Source of the DNA: an uncultured Fibrobacteria bacterium
Lineage (GTDB): Bacteria; Fibrobacterota; Fibrobacteria; UBA11236
Assembly (NCBI GenBank): GCA_963716395.1
Contig: OY970309.1
Location: forward strand, 3,136,001-3,200,000
DNA: 64,000 bases
Reading direction: 5' to 3'
The stretch's first letter is position 1, and every line of letters starts with the position of its first letter. Position numbers and translations under genes: made by a program. Under the pieces are notes generated by a model. The model worked only from the letters and a program-made list of their open reading frames with translations, did not search any database and had not been told where the DNA came from. Below, in pieces: positions 29,995 to 40,159 of the stretch.

Positions 29995-31521
29995 TCAAAG
30001 TTCTTCCAGAACCCCGGCCATTTGGTCCAGGCTCTCCAGCAAAATGGGATCGCGGGCGCGCAACAGGCTGCGCATTTGATCCGCCAGGTCCTTTCTGCCC
30101 AGACCTTCCGCGGACCGCGCCAGGTGCCAATAGATGCGCAATTCCGGAAATCCGTTTTGAATGGCTTCGGTATACTCCACCACGGCCCTATCATGCCGGC
30201 CGTTTCGAGCCGCCACCAAGGCCGCCCAGAAGTTCAACCAGGCATCGCGGGGAAAGCTGGCTTTATAGGCGTCGATCGCGCTGCGGGCTGCCAACGTGCT
30301 GCAGCGCGCAATCTCCCAATCGGCCTGCAACGCCTCGTCCGTGATGGGTGAATAGCGGCTGAGCCCAAACGGTCCGGAAAATTCACCGAGCGATCGCAGC
30401 AGGAGGTCGAACCCCGCCTCGCGCGAATTTGTCCCTCCCCAGGCCGGCCGCGTTCTTTTGGGCTTCGTCATCAATTGCGACAACACGGAGTTCAGTTTTT
30501 GCGCGGCGTTGCCGGCTCCGAAAATCTGGCGTGCGTATTCGGCCGCGTTGGAGCCCAGTCGCTGCCGCTCCTCGGGATGATGGTATAGAAATTCTATGGC
30601 CTCGGCATATTCCCGTTCGGAATGAACGATGAGTCCGGTGTAATCGTGCACCACCAAGCAACGCACGCCGCCGTAAGGAAAAACCACGGGAGGAATGCCG
30701 GCGTACATGACTTCCTGCAAATTCAGTTCCGAAGCGGCATACGTGTCTTCGCACAGAGGATATCCGTAGACATCGGTGACTTCAAGCACCGGACGGATAT
30801 CGGGCACTATTCCGAAGAAATGAAAACGTCCGCCCTGCCCAGCAGCCCGCGCCTCGGCGGTGAGCGGCGCCACGGCATCGCCCCCGCCGCAGATGAGAAA
30901 ACGGGATTCCGGCACCCGGATGTCGAGCGACATGCGCACGTACCGACGGTGGATTTTCACAAAATCGACCGACCCGATAAAGCCGATGTTGAATCCCTCG
31001 TGGGGCTTGAGTTGCAAACCCTTGAGCCGATCAAAGTCCGCCGCACCGTAAATCATGCGCACCTTTTCCAGACGCTCGCTCGGATCCATTTCCTGGAAAA
31101 CCTTTTGTTCCAGATAGGAATACGGGCTGCAGGGAATGTTGAAATCGGCAAACTCGATCAACTCACGGGTGATGATATGGGGCACGGTGTTTCCGGCCAC
31201 GTGGTAAAAAATCGCCAGCCGGCACGCCGGGAGCGGTTCGGAAAGAAAGCGCATCATTTCCGGGTGGTTCCACCAATGGATGAGGAAAACGTCGGCCCTC
31301 TCGATTTCAGCCAGCAACTCGGCCCGTGTGGTGGTAGTCACCACGCGTACGCCGGACGCTTGCGCCAGGGCCGCCGCGTCGGGCTGCGGCGGCCGCAGGG
31401 AGGCTACAGCATGTTCGTATCCTCCGGCTACGGCGGAATATTTGGCGGTAGCCAGCAAGGCGCGGCAGGCCCCGCCCAAGGACACTTCATGAATGAGATG
31501 GAGAACCCGGATCACGAACAC
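29995..31521 (-). CDS. GT4 glycosyltransferase with C-terminal TPR-like segment
   Basis: LHLIHEVSLGGA, ASELNLQEVMYAGIPPV, HDYTGLIV; helical C-terminus; GTG start with GGGAG. Confidence 0.88.
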   Translation of the reverse strand: MFVIRVLHLIHEVSLGGACRALLATAKYSAVAGGYEHAVASLRPPQPDAAALAQASGVRVVTTTTRAELLAEIERADVFLIHWWNHPEMMRFLSEPLPACRLAIFYHVAGNTVPHIITRELIEFADFNIPCSPYSYLEQKVFQEMDPSERLEKVRMIYGAADFDRLKGLQLKPHEGFNIGFIGSVDFVKIHRRYVRMSLDIRVPESRFLICGGGDAVAPLTAEARAAGQGGRFHFFGIVPDIRPVLEVTDVYGYPLCEDTYAASELNLQEVMYAGIPPVVFPYGGVRCLVVHDYTGLIVHSEREYAEAIEFLYHHPEERQRLGSNAAEYARQIFGAGNAAQKLNSVLSQLMTKPKRTRPAWGGTNSREAGFDLLLRSLGEFSGPFGLSRYSPITDEALQADWEIARCSTLAARSAIDAYKASFPRDAWLNFWAALVAARNGRHDRAVVEYTEAIQNGFPELRIYWHLARSAEGLGRKDLADQMRSLLRARDPILLESLDQMAGVLEEL

Positions 31522-31607
31522 TCCCGATGGATCGTATCGATCCTAGCATGCCGTGGCCGTGCGTGTACAGATGTGGTATAGTGGCCACGGAACCCTTTTG
31601 AATTCGC

Positions 31608-32366
31608 ATGCGCATCTCCGATCTGACCCGCCGGGCCGAAACCGCCTCCCAACCCCAATCCGATGGGGACGGGGCGCTGGACGATTTTCTGGAGATTTAT
31701 TCTCGGCGTCCCATTCGCGACAACAGCGGCGGCATGAAATCGGTGGGCATGTTCGCCGTCTATTCACTGCTGCAAAAGATTAATCCCTTGCATGTCATTG
31801 AAAGCGGAATCTGGAAAGGCCAAAGCACCTGGCTGATCGAGCAAGCGCTGCCGCAATGTTCCATCGTGAGTTTGGATCCGAATCTGGGTCTGCGCGAATA
31901 TCTCTCCCCGCGCGCCGTATATTCTCCGCGCGATTTTCTTTCGCTCGACGCCGCGGAACTGGGAATCGCCGCCGGACCGACGCTGGTTTTTTTCGACGAT
32001 CACCAAGACGCCCTGCCCCGCTTGATTCATTGCGCAGAAATCGGCATTCGCGACGTGATTTTCGACGATAATTACCCCGAGTATTGCGGCCAACGCCACC
32101 GCACGGTGTCGGCCCTGCTCCACGAAAAAAAACTCGACGGATCACCGCGCTTTCCGGCCGAAAAAGCGGAGTTGGAAACGCTGTTGGAACGCTGCGAAGT
32201 TTTCCCGCCCCTCTTCGACTTCGACGAGCCCATCACGGGTGAAAAAACGCGAATTGGTATACCTTCATTGTTGGGCGAGTATATTCCCCAGCGGCACGGG
32301 CGATGGGAGCATTACTGGAAAGAAATGTCGAGCTATCGCTGGACCACTTTTGTTCGCCTTCGCTGA
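31608..32366 (+). CDS. uncharacterised class I SAM-methyltransferase-fold protein
   Basis: VIESGIWKGQST (motif I-like), SLDP, LVFFDDH, VIFDDNY. Confidence 0.7.
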   Translation: MRISDLTRRAETASQPQSDGDGALDDFLEIYSRRPIRDNSGGMKSVGMFAVYSLLQKINPLHVIESGIWKGQSTWLIEQALPQCSIVSLDPNLGLREYLSPRAVYSPRDFLSLDAAELGIAAGPTLVFFDDHQDALPRLIHCAEIGIRDVIFDDNYPEYCGQRHRTVSALLHEKKLDGSPRFPAEKAELETLLERCEVFPPLFDFDEPITGEKTRIGIPSLLGEYIPQRHGRWEHYWKEMSSYRWTTFVRLR

Positions 32367-32387
32367 CACCCACCTCGGGGCGGTGCG

Positions 32388-35300
32388 CTAACGCGAAACC
32401 GCTGCTGGCTGAATTCGATCATAATACGATCGAAAGGCGGCTAGAATTCGCGGGTCGGTCGCAATGGAGTGCGGAAAACGCGTGAGCGGCGCCGCCGCCA
32501 TCCGCGTTTGGAATTGCGCGGTGCTTCCGCAATGGATTCCGGTTCCGTCCATGCCGATATTGTCGATGAGGGAGGCGGTCGGATATAGGAACTGCCCGCG
32601 ATTGAGATAAACGGTCAGCACCCAATTCAAGGTCCACACGTCCTTGATTTCGCCCCGCAGAAACAGTTCGACCATGAAGGGAATATCGGTTCCGGCCTGC
32701 TCCGCGTCGATGCCATGCGCCTGCACGCTTTGCCAAAGCCGGTTTAAATCCGGATCGAGCAACTGCCAGGCGCGGCGCCAGGTTCCCCATCCCCAACTGC
32801 CGATTCGCGGAACGAAATAGGCGTCGAACGGGTACGAGCGCCGCAACGGTTCAGGCAGAAGTACCGAATATCCACTGACGCCGAACACACGCTCGTCGTC
32901 GCGATACCGCTCCAGGGCGCGATGCATGAATTCGAAAAATCCGGGTTGGGGAACGCAGTCGTCTTCGAGCAGGATGGCGCAATCGTTTTGCAGTAGCAAA
33001 CGATCCATGGCTTCGCGCACCGCGCGGGCCAGACCGACATTCTCCGACCGTTCCACCACATGGGGGGCCGTCCAGTCGATGGCCGCGATGACCCGGCGGG
33101 TGGCTGCGACCGCCTCCGCATCCTGCGCCCCGCGCGGGCCGTCGCTGAAGAGCGTCACATTCTTCGCCCCCAAATTGCGCAGGCCTTCGAGAACCCGTTC
33201 GGCATGTTGCGGCCGATTATAAACCACCACGGCCACGGGTAATTCAGCCGCCCCCGCATTTCGGCCTCCGGGAATGAAGGTTGTCTCGGCTTTTTGCCCG
33301 GCCGGGCTCCAATCTTCACGGGAAGCCTGCGGTTGTTCGGCGGCCACGGTGGCCACGATGCGAATCTGAAAATTGCCGTTCTGTCGGGCCCAACGCTCGC
33401 AGGCGCGATGGAATTCGGCTTCGCCCACGCGCGCAAACAGCGCTTCGTAATCGGGGGGCCACTGATGCTGAAGGGCCTCCACCCGATCGACCCGAAATCC
33501 GGCCGCGGCGAACAAATTCCCCAAGGTCATGGGATTCCAGGTATAGAGATGGTTATTCACGTCGCCCGGATGATACTCTTGGTGCGGCCCTTCATGCGGC
33601 ACCACAAAAACCGCCACGCCCCCTGGCTTTACCTTCGATCGCAACGCCACCAAGGTTTCGTAGGGCGTTTGCGCTTGCTCCAGGGCATGGTTGGAGATGA
33701 GTACATCGGCCCATCCATCCGGCACGTCGGCCACGCTGGAAACCGTGTCGATTCCGGTTTTCAGGGAGGCCTCCTTGCGCGCCGCGGTGTTGACTTCGAT
33801 TCCGAGCTTGCGGCGGGCGGGAAGATTCTTGAGCAAATATCCGCCGCCGCAGCCGAAATCGAGAAGGGTGCGCTGCTCGCCGGCGAACTCCTCAAACTTG
33901 AAGATGTTGGCCACGCCCCCGAAGGCGCCGATGCTTTTTTGCCACTCGAAATACTTCGCCCCGTAATGGTCCGATTCCGGCCGCGCGTCTTGGATGTCTG
34001 CCGCAATCCCTTCGCCGCCGGCCGGCATTGAGGGATGGGCCCAGAGTAGCTCCACGGTTTCCTCCAGGTCGCGCCAATGCGGCAGCACCTGTACCGACGG
34101 AACCGGGTACGAAACCCGTACCGCTTCGCGGAATGCTTCTCTGGCTTCGCTGCGACGATTTTGGCCCAGGAACATCAAGCCGTTCCAAAAATGCAGGTAG
34201 CCATCGAGGCGGGCATCTTTGCCCAGCATTTGCCCCAGGGTGTCGCGAAAGGGTGAAGGCAGGCGCGTGATTTTTTTTTCGACGCTGTAAATGGCCTCGC
34301 GCTCCGGCGCTGCCGCCGTCGAAAAACCCAGGCTTTGCCGCAACGCCGCGACGATTTCATTGCCGGAATGATCGCGTTGCAGTTCTTCGACCCAATTGCG
34401 GCTGAACGCAAACTCCGACCCGCTGCGGCAGAAGGGTTTCTCTTCGCTTTTGCGGCCGCAGGCCAGCGTCGAACAAATTTGGTGGTGGGTCAACAGCGAA
34501 CGGCCGAATTCCTGCCAGACCCGCCAGGGCCCCGGCCAGCCGGGCTCGACGTCGTGAAAGGCGACCCATCCTCCGGTTTTTACGTGTGGGTAAATATCGC
34601 GGAAATCTTTGAGCACGTCGATGTATTCATGCGAGGCGTCGATGAACACAAAATCGACCTTGGGATAGGCTTCGCCCCAATGCGAAAGAATTTCATAGGT
34701 GTTGCCCCGGAGCGGAGTGGCAATGTTTTGCAGTCCCAGTCGTTCCAGGTGTCCACTCCACACGCTCTGAAAATCCTGGGAGCGGCCCATGATGCCGTCG
34801 TTGCCGGCGAAGGTATCGATGGAGAATATCCGCCGGTGCGTGCCAAGGCAGGCAAAGGCCATGGCGCAGGTCGAACGCCCGTGATTGCAGCCCATTTCCA
34901 GAATCACTGCGTCATCCGGAAGCGACTTCACCATATTGAACAGGAATTCTTCCTGACCCGGCACCAACCACCCCTTGACCGAATCCACCCGTGTATGCAC
35001 CTCACGATAGGATTGGATCACGTCGGATTTGGTTGCGGCACCGGCTTCGATTTCGCGCCCGGGCGCCGGAGAAAAATCCGCCGAGACCACCTCCGGGCGG
35101 TCCACCGCTTCCGCTCGTCCGCACGCCCGCATCAGTTCTTCGTAAGCCCGAGTGAGTTCGGGATCCTCCGGGTGATGATCCAGGGCTTCGGTATAGGACT
35201 TCAATGCCAGCTCCAACTGGCCGGTCATGCGGTAGAGCAGTCCCATTTCCGCAGGATCGGCTTGCGGTTCTCCGATGGGAAAGACGACCAGCAGTGGTCC

Positions 35301-37475
35301 CGGAACGCGGTGGAATCGCTTTTCATCGGTAAACCAATCCTGAAAAATCCGGCGACCCACATCCGAGAGATATTCGAATTCGCCCTCCGCGAGGCTTTCA
35401 AAATACCGAACCCAGGTCGAGCGGCGGACCACGGCACAAGCCAATAGCTGACGGGGATCCTCAAAGTTCACGCAACATTTTATGGCCGCCGCAAATGAAA
35501 TGAAGTGCGGCTGTTGATTGAAGCAGGTTCCTTCGATGGTTGCGTCTTGGCGGCAAATCCAACCCCCGAAAACGACACCTTCCGCGGCGGCATGATCCCG
35601 CTGCGTGAGAAAATCGACCGCGGTCTGGTACATCGATTCATCCGGCAAGATATTGTCCGCGGTTAAACAAATGAACTCCGCCGTTGAGGTCTGGGCCGCA
35701 GCGTATAATTTTTGAATCAGGGATCGCGGCGCCTCTACCGGCGACGATGGCATCCTGGTGACGACCAGGTACCGATGGCGGGAACGCCGCAGCATCTGGT
35801 CCCAGGACGGCCGGCCGGGCAAGTTCGACGTTTCCGGGCGCAGCAGCAATACCTCGGCGCGGGATGGATCCGATCCAGCTTGGACGCGGACGTCCCGGTA
35901 GCGCGCTTCGATCGAATTCATCGTCTGATCGATGAAAATATTTTCTTCCGCTTCCGCGGACTCCGGGCGCAATCCGGGAATCGGGTGTAATGGAGCGGCC
36001 GCGAGAATATGCTTGCATACCTGATCGAGAACAGCATCGCGGCCGGGCGCAAGATCGGCCGGCCCGCCGAAGCGAAGATCCGATTCGTACACGTTCTTGA
36101 TACCGAAGCTTCGAAAGTGATAGCTCATGCGGAAATATAAAAATTGTGCGTAACGGTATGCACGGCGAAAATCCCGCCGCGCTTGATCGGGGGTGCGGTG
36201 CAGCGCCCGCTCCAAGGCCGGGGCGTAATCCTCCAGGCATTGCACCCATTCCATCCCCATTTCCTTGTACATGGACTGCGAGACGCACAAGGTCGGGATC
36301 CCGCGGATCGCCGCCTCCGCCGCGAAAGTGGTCATGAAGCTGACCGCCACATCCACATGCGCAAGCAATGCGTAGGAGGTCAATCTTTCATTGGGCATTA
36401 TCACGCGTACGTGTTCTTCCAACTCCGCATTCAGCCGGATCATGTCCCGGATGAACGCAACCCCTTTGCCATGATCTCTGCCATTATTAGGGTGGTGCCG
36501 GATCACAAGTGTGTGGCCCTGTTCCTTGCATATCCGAACCGTCTTGAGGATCCATTCCTTTTGGGTGGCGAAAGTGCTGCGAATTTGACTCTGGGAAATT
36601 CCAACTTCCCAATCTCCAGAAGTGAAAAGTCCTACGACCTTTGATCCCTGCGTTAGACGCAGGGTGTTGCGCACCGATTCCGATCTCATTGCATAGGTAT
36701 ACATCGCCGGCCTGTTCGTGTTTTTGCCCAACTCCCTTTCTTCGAAATAGCTCTGCACCTGCGTGCATTCCGAAAGGGTCAGAGGGACCTCCTCCCAATG
36801 GCGCCGCCAAATCTGGTAGCGACCCGTGCGGGAATAACTATGCTGGCTATCGAGCAATAAAAAGGAATCGTTCACGAGGCCGCGTTCATGCACCAAAACA
36901 GGAATCCCGGATTCCTGACAGGCTTCAAAAAAAATCCGATAGTGCGCGAGCACCGCATTGTAGCACAGGGCGTGGTGGGGCTGGAACTCCCTGATCGCGC
37001 GCCGGGCCGCACGCGTCAGCAAGGCTCCGTTGCGGAGAAAACTGCGGCTCATGGCGATGACATCCGGCCGAGTCAGATCCAAATTTCCGGTCAGAAAATA
37101 GCCATGCAAATTACCCTGGATGGAAGCGCCAACGGGCATACTTTCAAAGAGGGCGGAAGAAAATTCTTTGGGGTCCAGCCGGTGAGCCCATTCCTGGGCA
37201 TCCTGGCGATCTTGGTTCGAAAGAAATTTCCCCAGATCGAGATGGGATAATCCAAAATTGGCAAACCAATTCACGCCGCTCTGTCGACATTCGGTGCATT
37301 TCTTCGGGGTCGGCGGCTTTCCCGCGTTCGGGCAATTCTCAAATATTTCGTCGCAGGTCAAGACCTGGACTTCGCAACCGCGCTGTTGCAACGCGCATCC
37401 CAAAACCCCGTCAAGCTGATGATGAACTTTCCAGGTTCCGTAGGGAGCGAAAATCAAAATTTTCTTGGCGCCCAA
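32388..37475 (-). CDS. 1695-aa multidomain protein: KpsS/capsule-synthesis-like GT-B, TPR, two SAM methyltransferases, C-terminal GT-A
   Basis: VHERG/IRHHP/EAAIRGIP; LEMGCNHGRST...FIDASHEY...FHD; LDFGCGGG...SNHALE; VYNRP...FSDGPR...ILLEDD...SWGWGTW; AAGGAG before TTG. Confidence 0.88.
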   Translation of the reverse strand: MGAKKILIFAPYGTWKVHHQLDGVLGCALQQRGCEVQVLTCDEIFENCPNAGKPPTPKKCTECRQSGVNWFANFGLSHLDLGKFLSNQDRQDAQEWAHRLDPKEFSSALFESMPVGASIQGNLHGYFLTGNLDLTRPDVIAMSRSFLRNGALLTRAARRAIREFQPHHALCYNAVLAHYRIFFEACQESGIPVLVHERGLVNDSFLLLDSQHSYSRTGRYQIWRRHWEEVPLTLSECTQVQSYFEERELGKNTNRPAMYTYAMRSESVRNTLRLTQGSKVVGLFTSGDWEVGISQSQIRSTFATQKEWILKTVRICKEQGHTLVIRHHPNNGRDHGKGVAFIRDMIRLNAELEEHVRVIMPNERLTSYALLAHVDVAVSFMTTFAAEAAIRGIPTLCVSQSMYKEMGMEWVQCLEDYAPALERALHRTPDQARRDFRRAYRYAQFLYFRMSYHFRSFGIKNVYESDLRFGGPADLAPGRDAVLDQVCKHILAAAPLHPIPGLRPESAEAEENIFIDQTMNSIEARYRDVRVQAGSDPSRAEVLLLRPETSNLPGRPSWDQMLRRSRHRYLVVTRMPSSPVEAPRSLIQKLYAAAQTSTAEFICLTADNILPDESMYQTAVDFLTQRDHAAAEGVVFGGWICRQDATIEGTCFNQQPHFISFAAAIKCCVNFEDPRQLLACAVVRRSTWVRYFESLAEGEFEYLSDVGRRIFQDWFTDEKRFHRVPGPLLVVFPIGEPQADPAEMGLLYRMTGQLELALKSYTEALDHHPEDPELTRAYEELMRACGRAEAVDRPEVVSADFSPAPGREIEAGAATKSDVIQSYREVHTRVDSVKGWLVPGQEEFLFNMVKSLPDDAVILEMGCNHGRSTCAMAFACLGTHRRIFSIDTFAGNDGIMGRSQDFQSVWSGHLERLGLQNIATPLRGNTYEILSHWGEAYPKVDFVFIDASHEYIDVLKDFRDIYPHVKTGGWVAFHDVEPGWPGPWRVWQEFGRSLLTHHQICSTLACGRKSEEKPFCRSGSEFAFSRNWVEELQRDHSGNEIVAALRQSLGFSTAAAPEREAIYSVEKKITRLPSPFRDTLGQMLGKDARLDGYLHFWNGLMFLGQNRRSEAREAFREAVRVSYPVPSVQVLPHWRDLEETVELLWAHPSMPAGGEGIAADIQDARPESDHYGAKYFEWQKSIGAFGGVANIFKFEEFAGEQRTLLDFGCGGGYLLKNLPARRKLGIEVNTAARKEASLKTGIDTVSSVADVPDGWADVLISNHALEQAQTPYETLVALRSKVKPGGVAVFVVPHEGPHQEYHPGDVNNHLYTWNPMTLGNLFAAAGFRVDRVEALQHQWPPDYEALFARVGEAEFHRACERWARQNGNFQIRIVATVAAEQPQASREDWSPAGQKAETTFIPGGRNAGAAELPVAVVVYNRPQHAERVLEGLRNLGAKNVTLFSDGPRGAQDAEAVAATRRVIAAIDWTAPHVVERSENVGLARAVREAMDRLLLQNDCAILLEDDCVPQPGFFEFMHRALERYRDDERVFGVSGYSVLLPEPLRRSYPFDAYFVPRIGSWGWGTWRRAWQLLDPDLNRLWQSVQAHGIDAEQAGTDIPFMVELFLRGEIKDVWTLNWVLTVYLNRGQFLYPTASLIDNIGMDGTGIHCGSTAQFQTRMAAAPLTRFPHSIATDPRILAAFRSYYDRIQPAAVSR

Positions 37476-37916
37476 GCAGCACTCCTTTCAAACCCCAATA
37501 CCTTGAGAATCCTGATCCGTCGGACTGCAAACCATTATGCCATACGATTTCCAGCAGGTTCAAGAAACCATGCGTTCCAAAAAGCAGTGGTTGGAAATTG
37601 GAGCGGAAATAAATCTATCACTTACAATTCCACGGTACTTTTGGGTTCTTCTCATCATGTCTTTCTACCTGAACCGGCTCTGCGCCGACGCCCGGGCCAA
37701 GTTTGTCGCGTTTTCCTCTTCCGGAGCGGTATTCAAGCCCTATTGCCTCCTTCGCGCTGCTGCCTGTCGGCTTGACTGCGCTCGCCGAAGTCCTCGGTTT
37801 CGCCCGGTACGCGCTTACGGAATTCATTTTTAGAGGCGGCCTTTACCGCCGGGCTAAAGAAAAGGCCTCCAACTTCCGAAAGAAGGGTAGTCCATCTTCC
37901 AAAGAACCGGGTCCGC

Positions 37917-39080
37917 ATGCACATCCCCTTATTGAAAAACAAATCGATTCTGATCACCGGAGGGACCGGGTCATTCGGAAAAAAATTCGTCCGCATGACC
38001 TTGGAACGCTATTCTCCCTCGCGGATTGTCGTTTATTCCCGAGATGAAATGAAGCAATGGGACATGGCGAATGAATTTTCCCATCACCCGCACAAGCAGC
38101 GCATCCGTTTTTTTTTAGGTGACGTCCGCGACAAGGATCGCCTGCACCGGGCTCTCAACGGAATCGATTACGTGGTTCATGCCGCCGCGTTGAAAATCGT
38201 TCCGGCCGCGGAATACAACCCTTTTGAATTTATCAAAACCAACATCAATGGAGCGATGAATATCATCGACTGCGCCATCGATCAGGGCGTTAAAGGTGTG
38301 GTGGCGCTGAGCACCGACAAAGCCTGCAACCCCATCAATCTTTATGGAGCCACCAAGCTGTGCTCAGACAAACTCTTCGTCGCGGGGAACTCCTATAGTC
38401 GACCGAAACAGACGCGCTTTTCCGTCGTTCGATATGGAAATGTGATGGGGAGCCGAGGATCGGTGATCCCCATGTTTCGAACCGTCAGGCCGTCCGGCGT
38501 TCTTCCCATCACCGACGCACGCATGACCCGATTCATGATCACCCTGGAAGAAGGGGTTGAATTGGTATGGCAAGCCATAGAGGAATCGGTGGGCGGTGAA
38601 ATTTTTGTAAAAAAGATTCCTTCGATGAAAGTCGTCGACGTCGCCCGCGTCGTGGCGCCGAAAGCCGAATTGAAAACGATTGGAATCCGGCCCGGAGAGA
38701 AGCTGCACGAGCAGATGATCAGCGCTGAAGATGCCAATACCACGTATGAATATCCCGAATATTACAAGATTCTCCCCTCTATCAACGATTGGCACCGCGA
38801 TCCGGCCCGCATCGGTACCGGAAGCAAGGTGAAAGCAGACTTCCACTATTCCAGCGATTGCAACCCGCAATGGATGTCGCCCCAAAGTTTAAGGGATTGG
38901 ATGTTACGGGAATACGGGCCCGAGGAGGAGAATTGGGTCGGTAAAACGCAGGAAGATGGGATTTCCGATTGGCTGCCACGGAACGATTCTTTCCGTCCCG
39001 AACCGAATTTCCATAGTAAATCACCGATCTCCCATCCACAATACAACCCCGGGGCCACAATCCCAATGATTTCAAAATGA
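37917..39080 (+). CDS. pseB: UDP-N-acetylglucosamine 4,6-dehydratase (inverting)
   Basis: ITGGTGSFG, YSRDEMKQ, HAAALKIVP, LSTDKA-xNP-xNLYGATK, RYGNVMGSRGSV, IRPGEKLHE. Confidence 0.95.
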   Translation: MHIPLLKNKSILITGGTGSFGKKFVRMTLERYSPSRIVVYSRDEMKQWDMANEFSHHPHKQRIRFFLGDVRDKDRLHRALNGIDYVVHAAALKIVPAAEYNPFEFIKTNINGAMNIIDCAIDQGVKGVVALSTDKACNPINLYGATKLCSDKLFVAGNSYSRPKQTRFSVVRYGNVMGSRGSVIPMFRTVRPSGVLPITDARMTRFMITLEEGVELVWQAIEESVGGEIFVKKIPSMKVVDVARVVAPKAELKTIGIRPGEKLHEQMISAEDANTTYEYPEYYKILPSINDWHRDPARIGTGSKVKADFHYSSDCNPQWMSPQSLRDWMLREYGPEEENWVGKTQEDGISDWLPRNDSFRPEPNFHSKSPISHPQYNPGATIPMISK

Positions 39081-39200
39081 CATCGCCAAATTAAATCGGG
39101 CAAGGATGGAAGGATATAGTGTTTTAAAATTTGCTTGGAAAAGATTGAATAAAATGAATAGTCATCCAATCCCAATATCTGTTTGTTAGGCGCGAACTGT

Positions 39201-40142
39201 ATGCAATCCGTGCCCGCCTTTGCCGAACATTCTTCTGATTCCGTGATCTGTTTCTGTTTCAATAAAACCAGCCAACAGTTGCAGGAAGCCCATTCTCGGT
39301 TGGGGAGCTTGACAAAAGTACAGCGGGAGTGCGGCGCCGGAACAAAATGCGGAGGTTGCCGGCTTCTTCTGGAATCCATATTTAATGAGAGGCCGGAAGA
39401 AATCCTGAAATTGGGGCGGCACGGAGGCGATCGGAATATTTGTGTAAGACAAGGCCAACGCTTGATGAAGGGGTTTGTGATCGCCGATCATCGACTGAAT
39501 ACGGTGGTCTATTCATCGAACTGTGCCCCGCCGCAATTTGGCGAACAGGATATGACCATGCCTGTGGCCTACATGCTGCTGGATTCATCTGGAAAGCCCG
39601 TTCTCCATCGCACGGCCATCATCGGAACCAACGAGACATTCAGTTTCGACGCGCGCAAGGAGAATATTCCCAAACCCTTTTATGGCATGTTCCTTTTCAA
39701 TATTGGAAGGGCGAATTATGGCGCCGGACGCTTCAACTCGGTGTGGACGAACGGCATTTCTGCATGTTCCACGCACGAAGTAAACAATTCAGGGCGCCCT
39801 TCGGTGGTCTTGCCCACCTTGGTGGATCTGGAATTCTCACGAGGATCGAATTCCATCCACCTCGCTTTGCAGAATCCGCATGCATATCCCATCCGATTAA
39901 AGTTCCAGATTTTCGCAGAAGCGGGGAATGAAGTATTGTGCCGTTATCTCGATATGCCGGTATTAACCACGAAATGGTTGAATGTATCCAAAGAAATATT
40001 CGAACCGATACTGGCAGAAAAACCCACTTTGAGGCTTGGCTTACGCATCGAAAGCGCCCCGGTGGACGTGAAGTTTTCCCCGACGATTTATTTCTTCATT
40101 CACAATCTTAATACGGATCTATGGAGCGCCAACCACCTTTAA
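39201..40142 (+). CDS. BFD-like [2Fe-2S] domain fused to an unknown beta-rich domain
   Basis: ICFCF...CGAGTKCGGC (C-x-C...C-x2-C BFD pattern); remainder has no recognisable family. Confidence 0.75.
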   Translation: MQSVPAFAEHSSDSVICFCFNKTSQQLQEAHSRLGSLTKVQRECGAGTKCGGCRLLLESIFNERPEEILKLGRHGGDRNICVRQGQRLMKGFVIADHRLNTVVYSSNCAPPQFGEQDMTMPVAYMLLDSSGKPVLHRTAIIGTNETFSFDARKENIPKPFYGMFLFNIGRANYGAGRFNSVWTNGISACSTHEVNNSGRPSVVLPTLVDLEFSRGSNSIHLALQNPHAYPIRLKFQIFAEAGNEVLCRYLDMPVLTTKWLNVSKEIFEPILAEKPTLRLGLRIESAPVDVKFSPTIYFFIHNLNTDLWSANHL

Positions 40143-40159
40143 CCGTCACCGAAGAGGGA

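Noticed and set aside
31529-31590. Inverted repeats GGATCG/CGATCC and CCGTGGCC/GGCCACGG in the divergent spacer
   Set aside because: Short and GC-rich, so plausible by chance; not seen elsewhere
37526-37542. Sigma-54-like TGGCAT...TTGCA upstream of the 1695-aa gene (minus strand)
   Set aside because: GG-to-GC spacing is 11 nt; sigma-54 promoters require 10
37537-37833. 98-aa ORF in the spacer before pseB
   Set aside because: No RBS, no motif and atypical composition; likely non-coding
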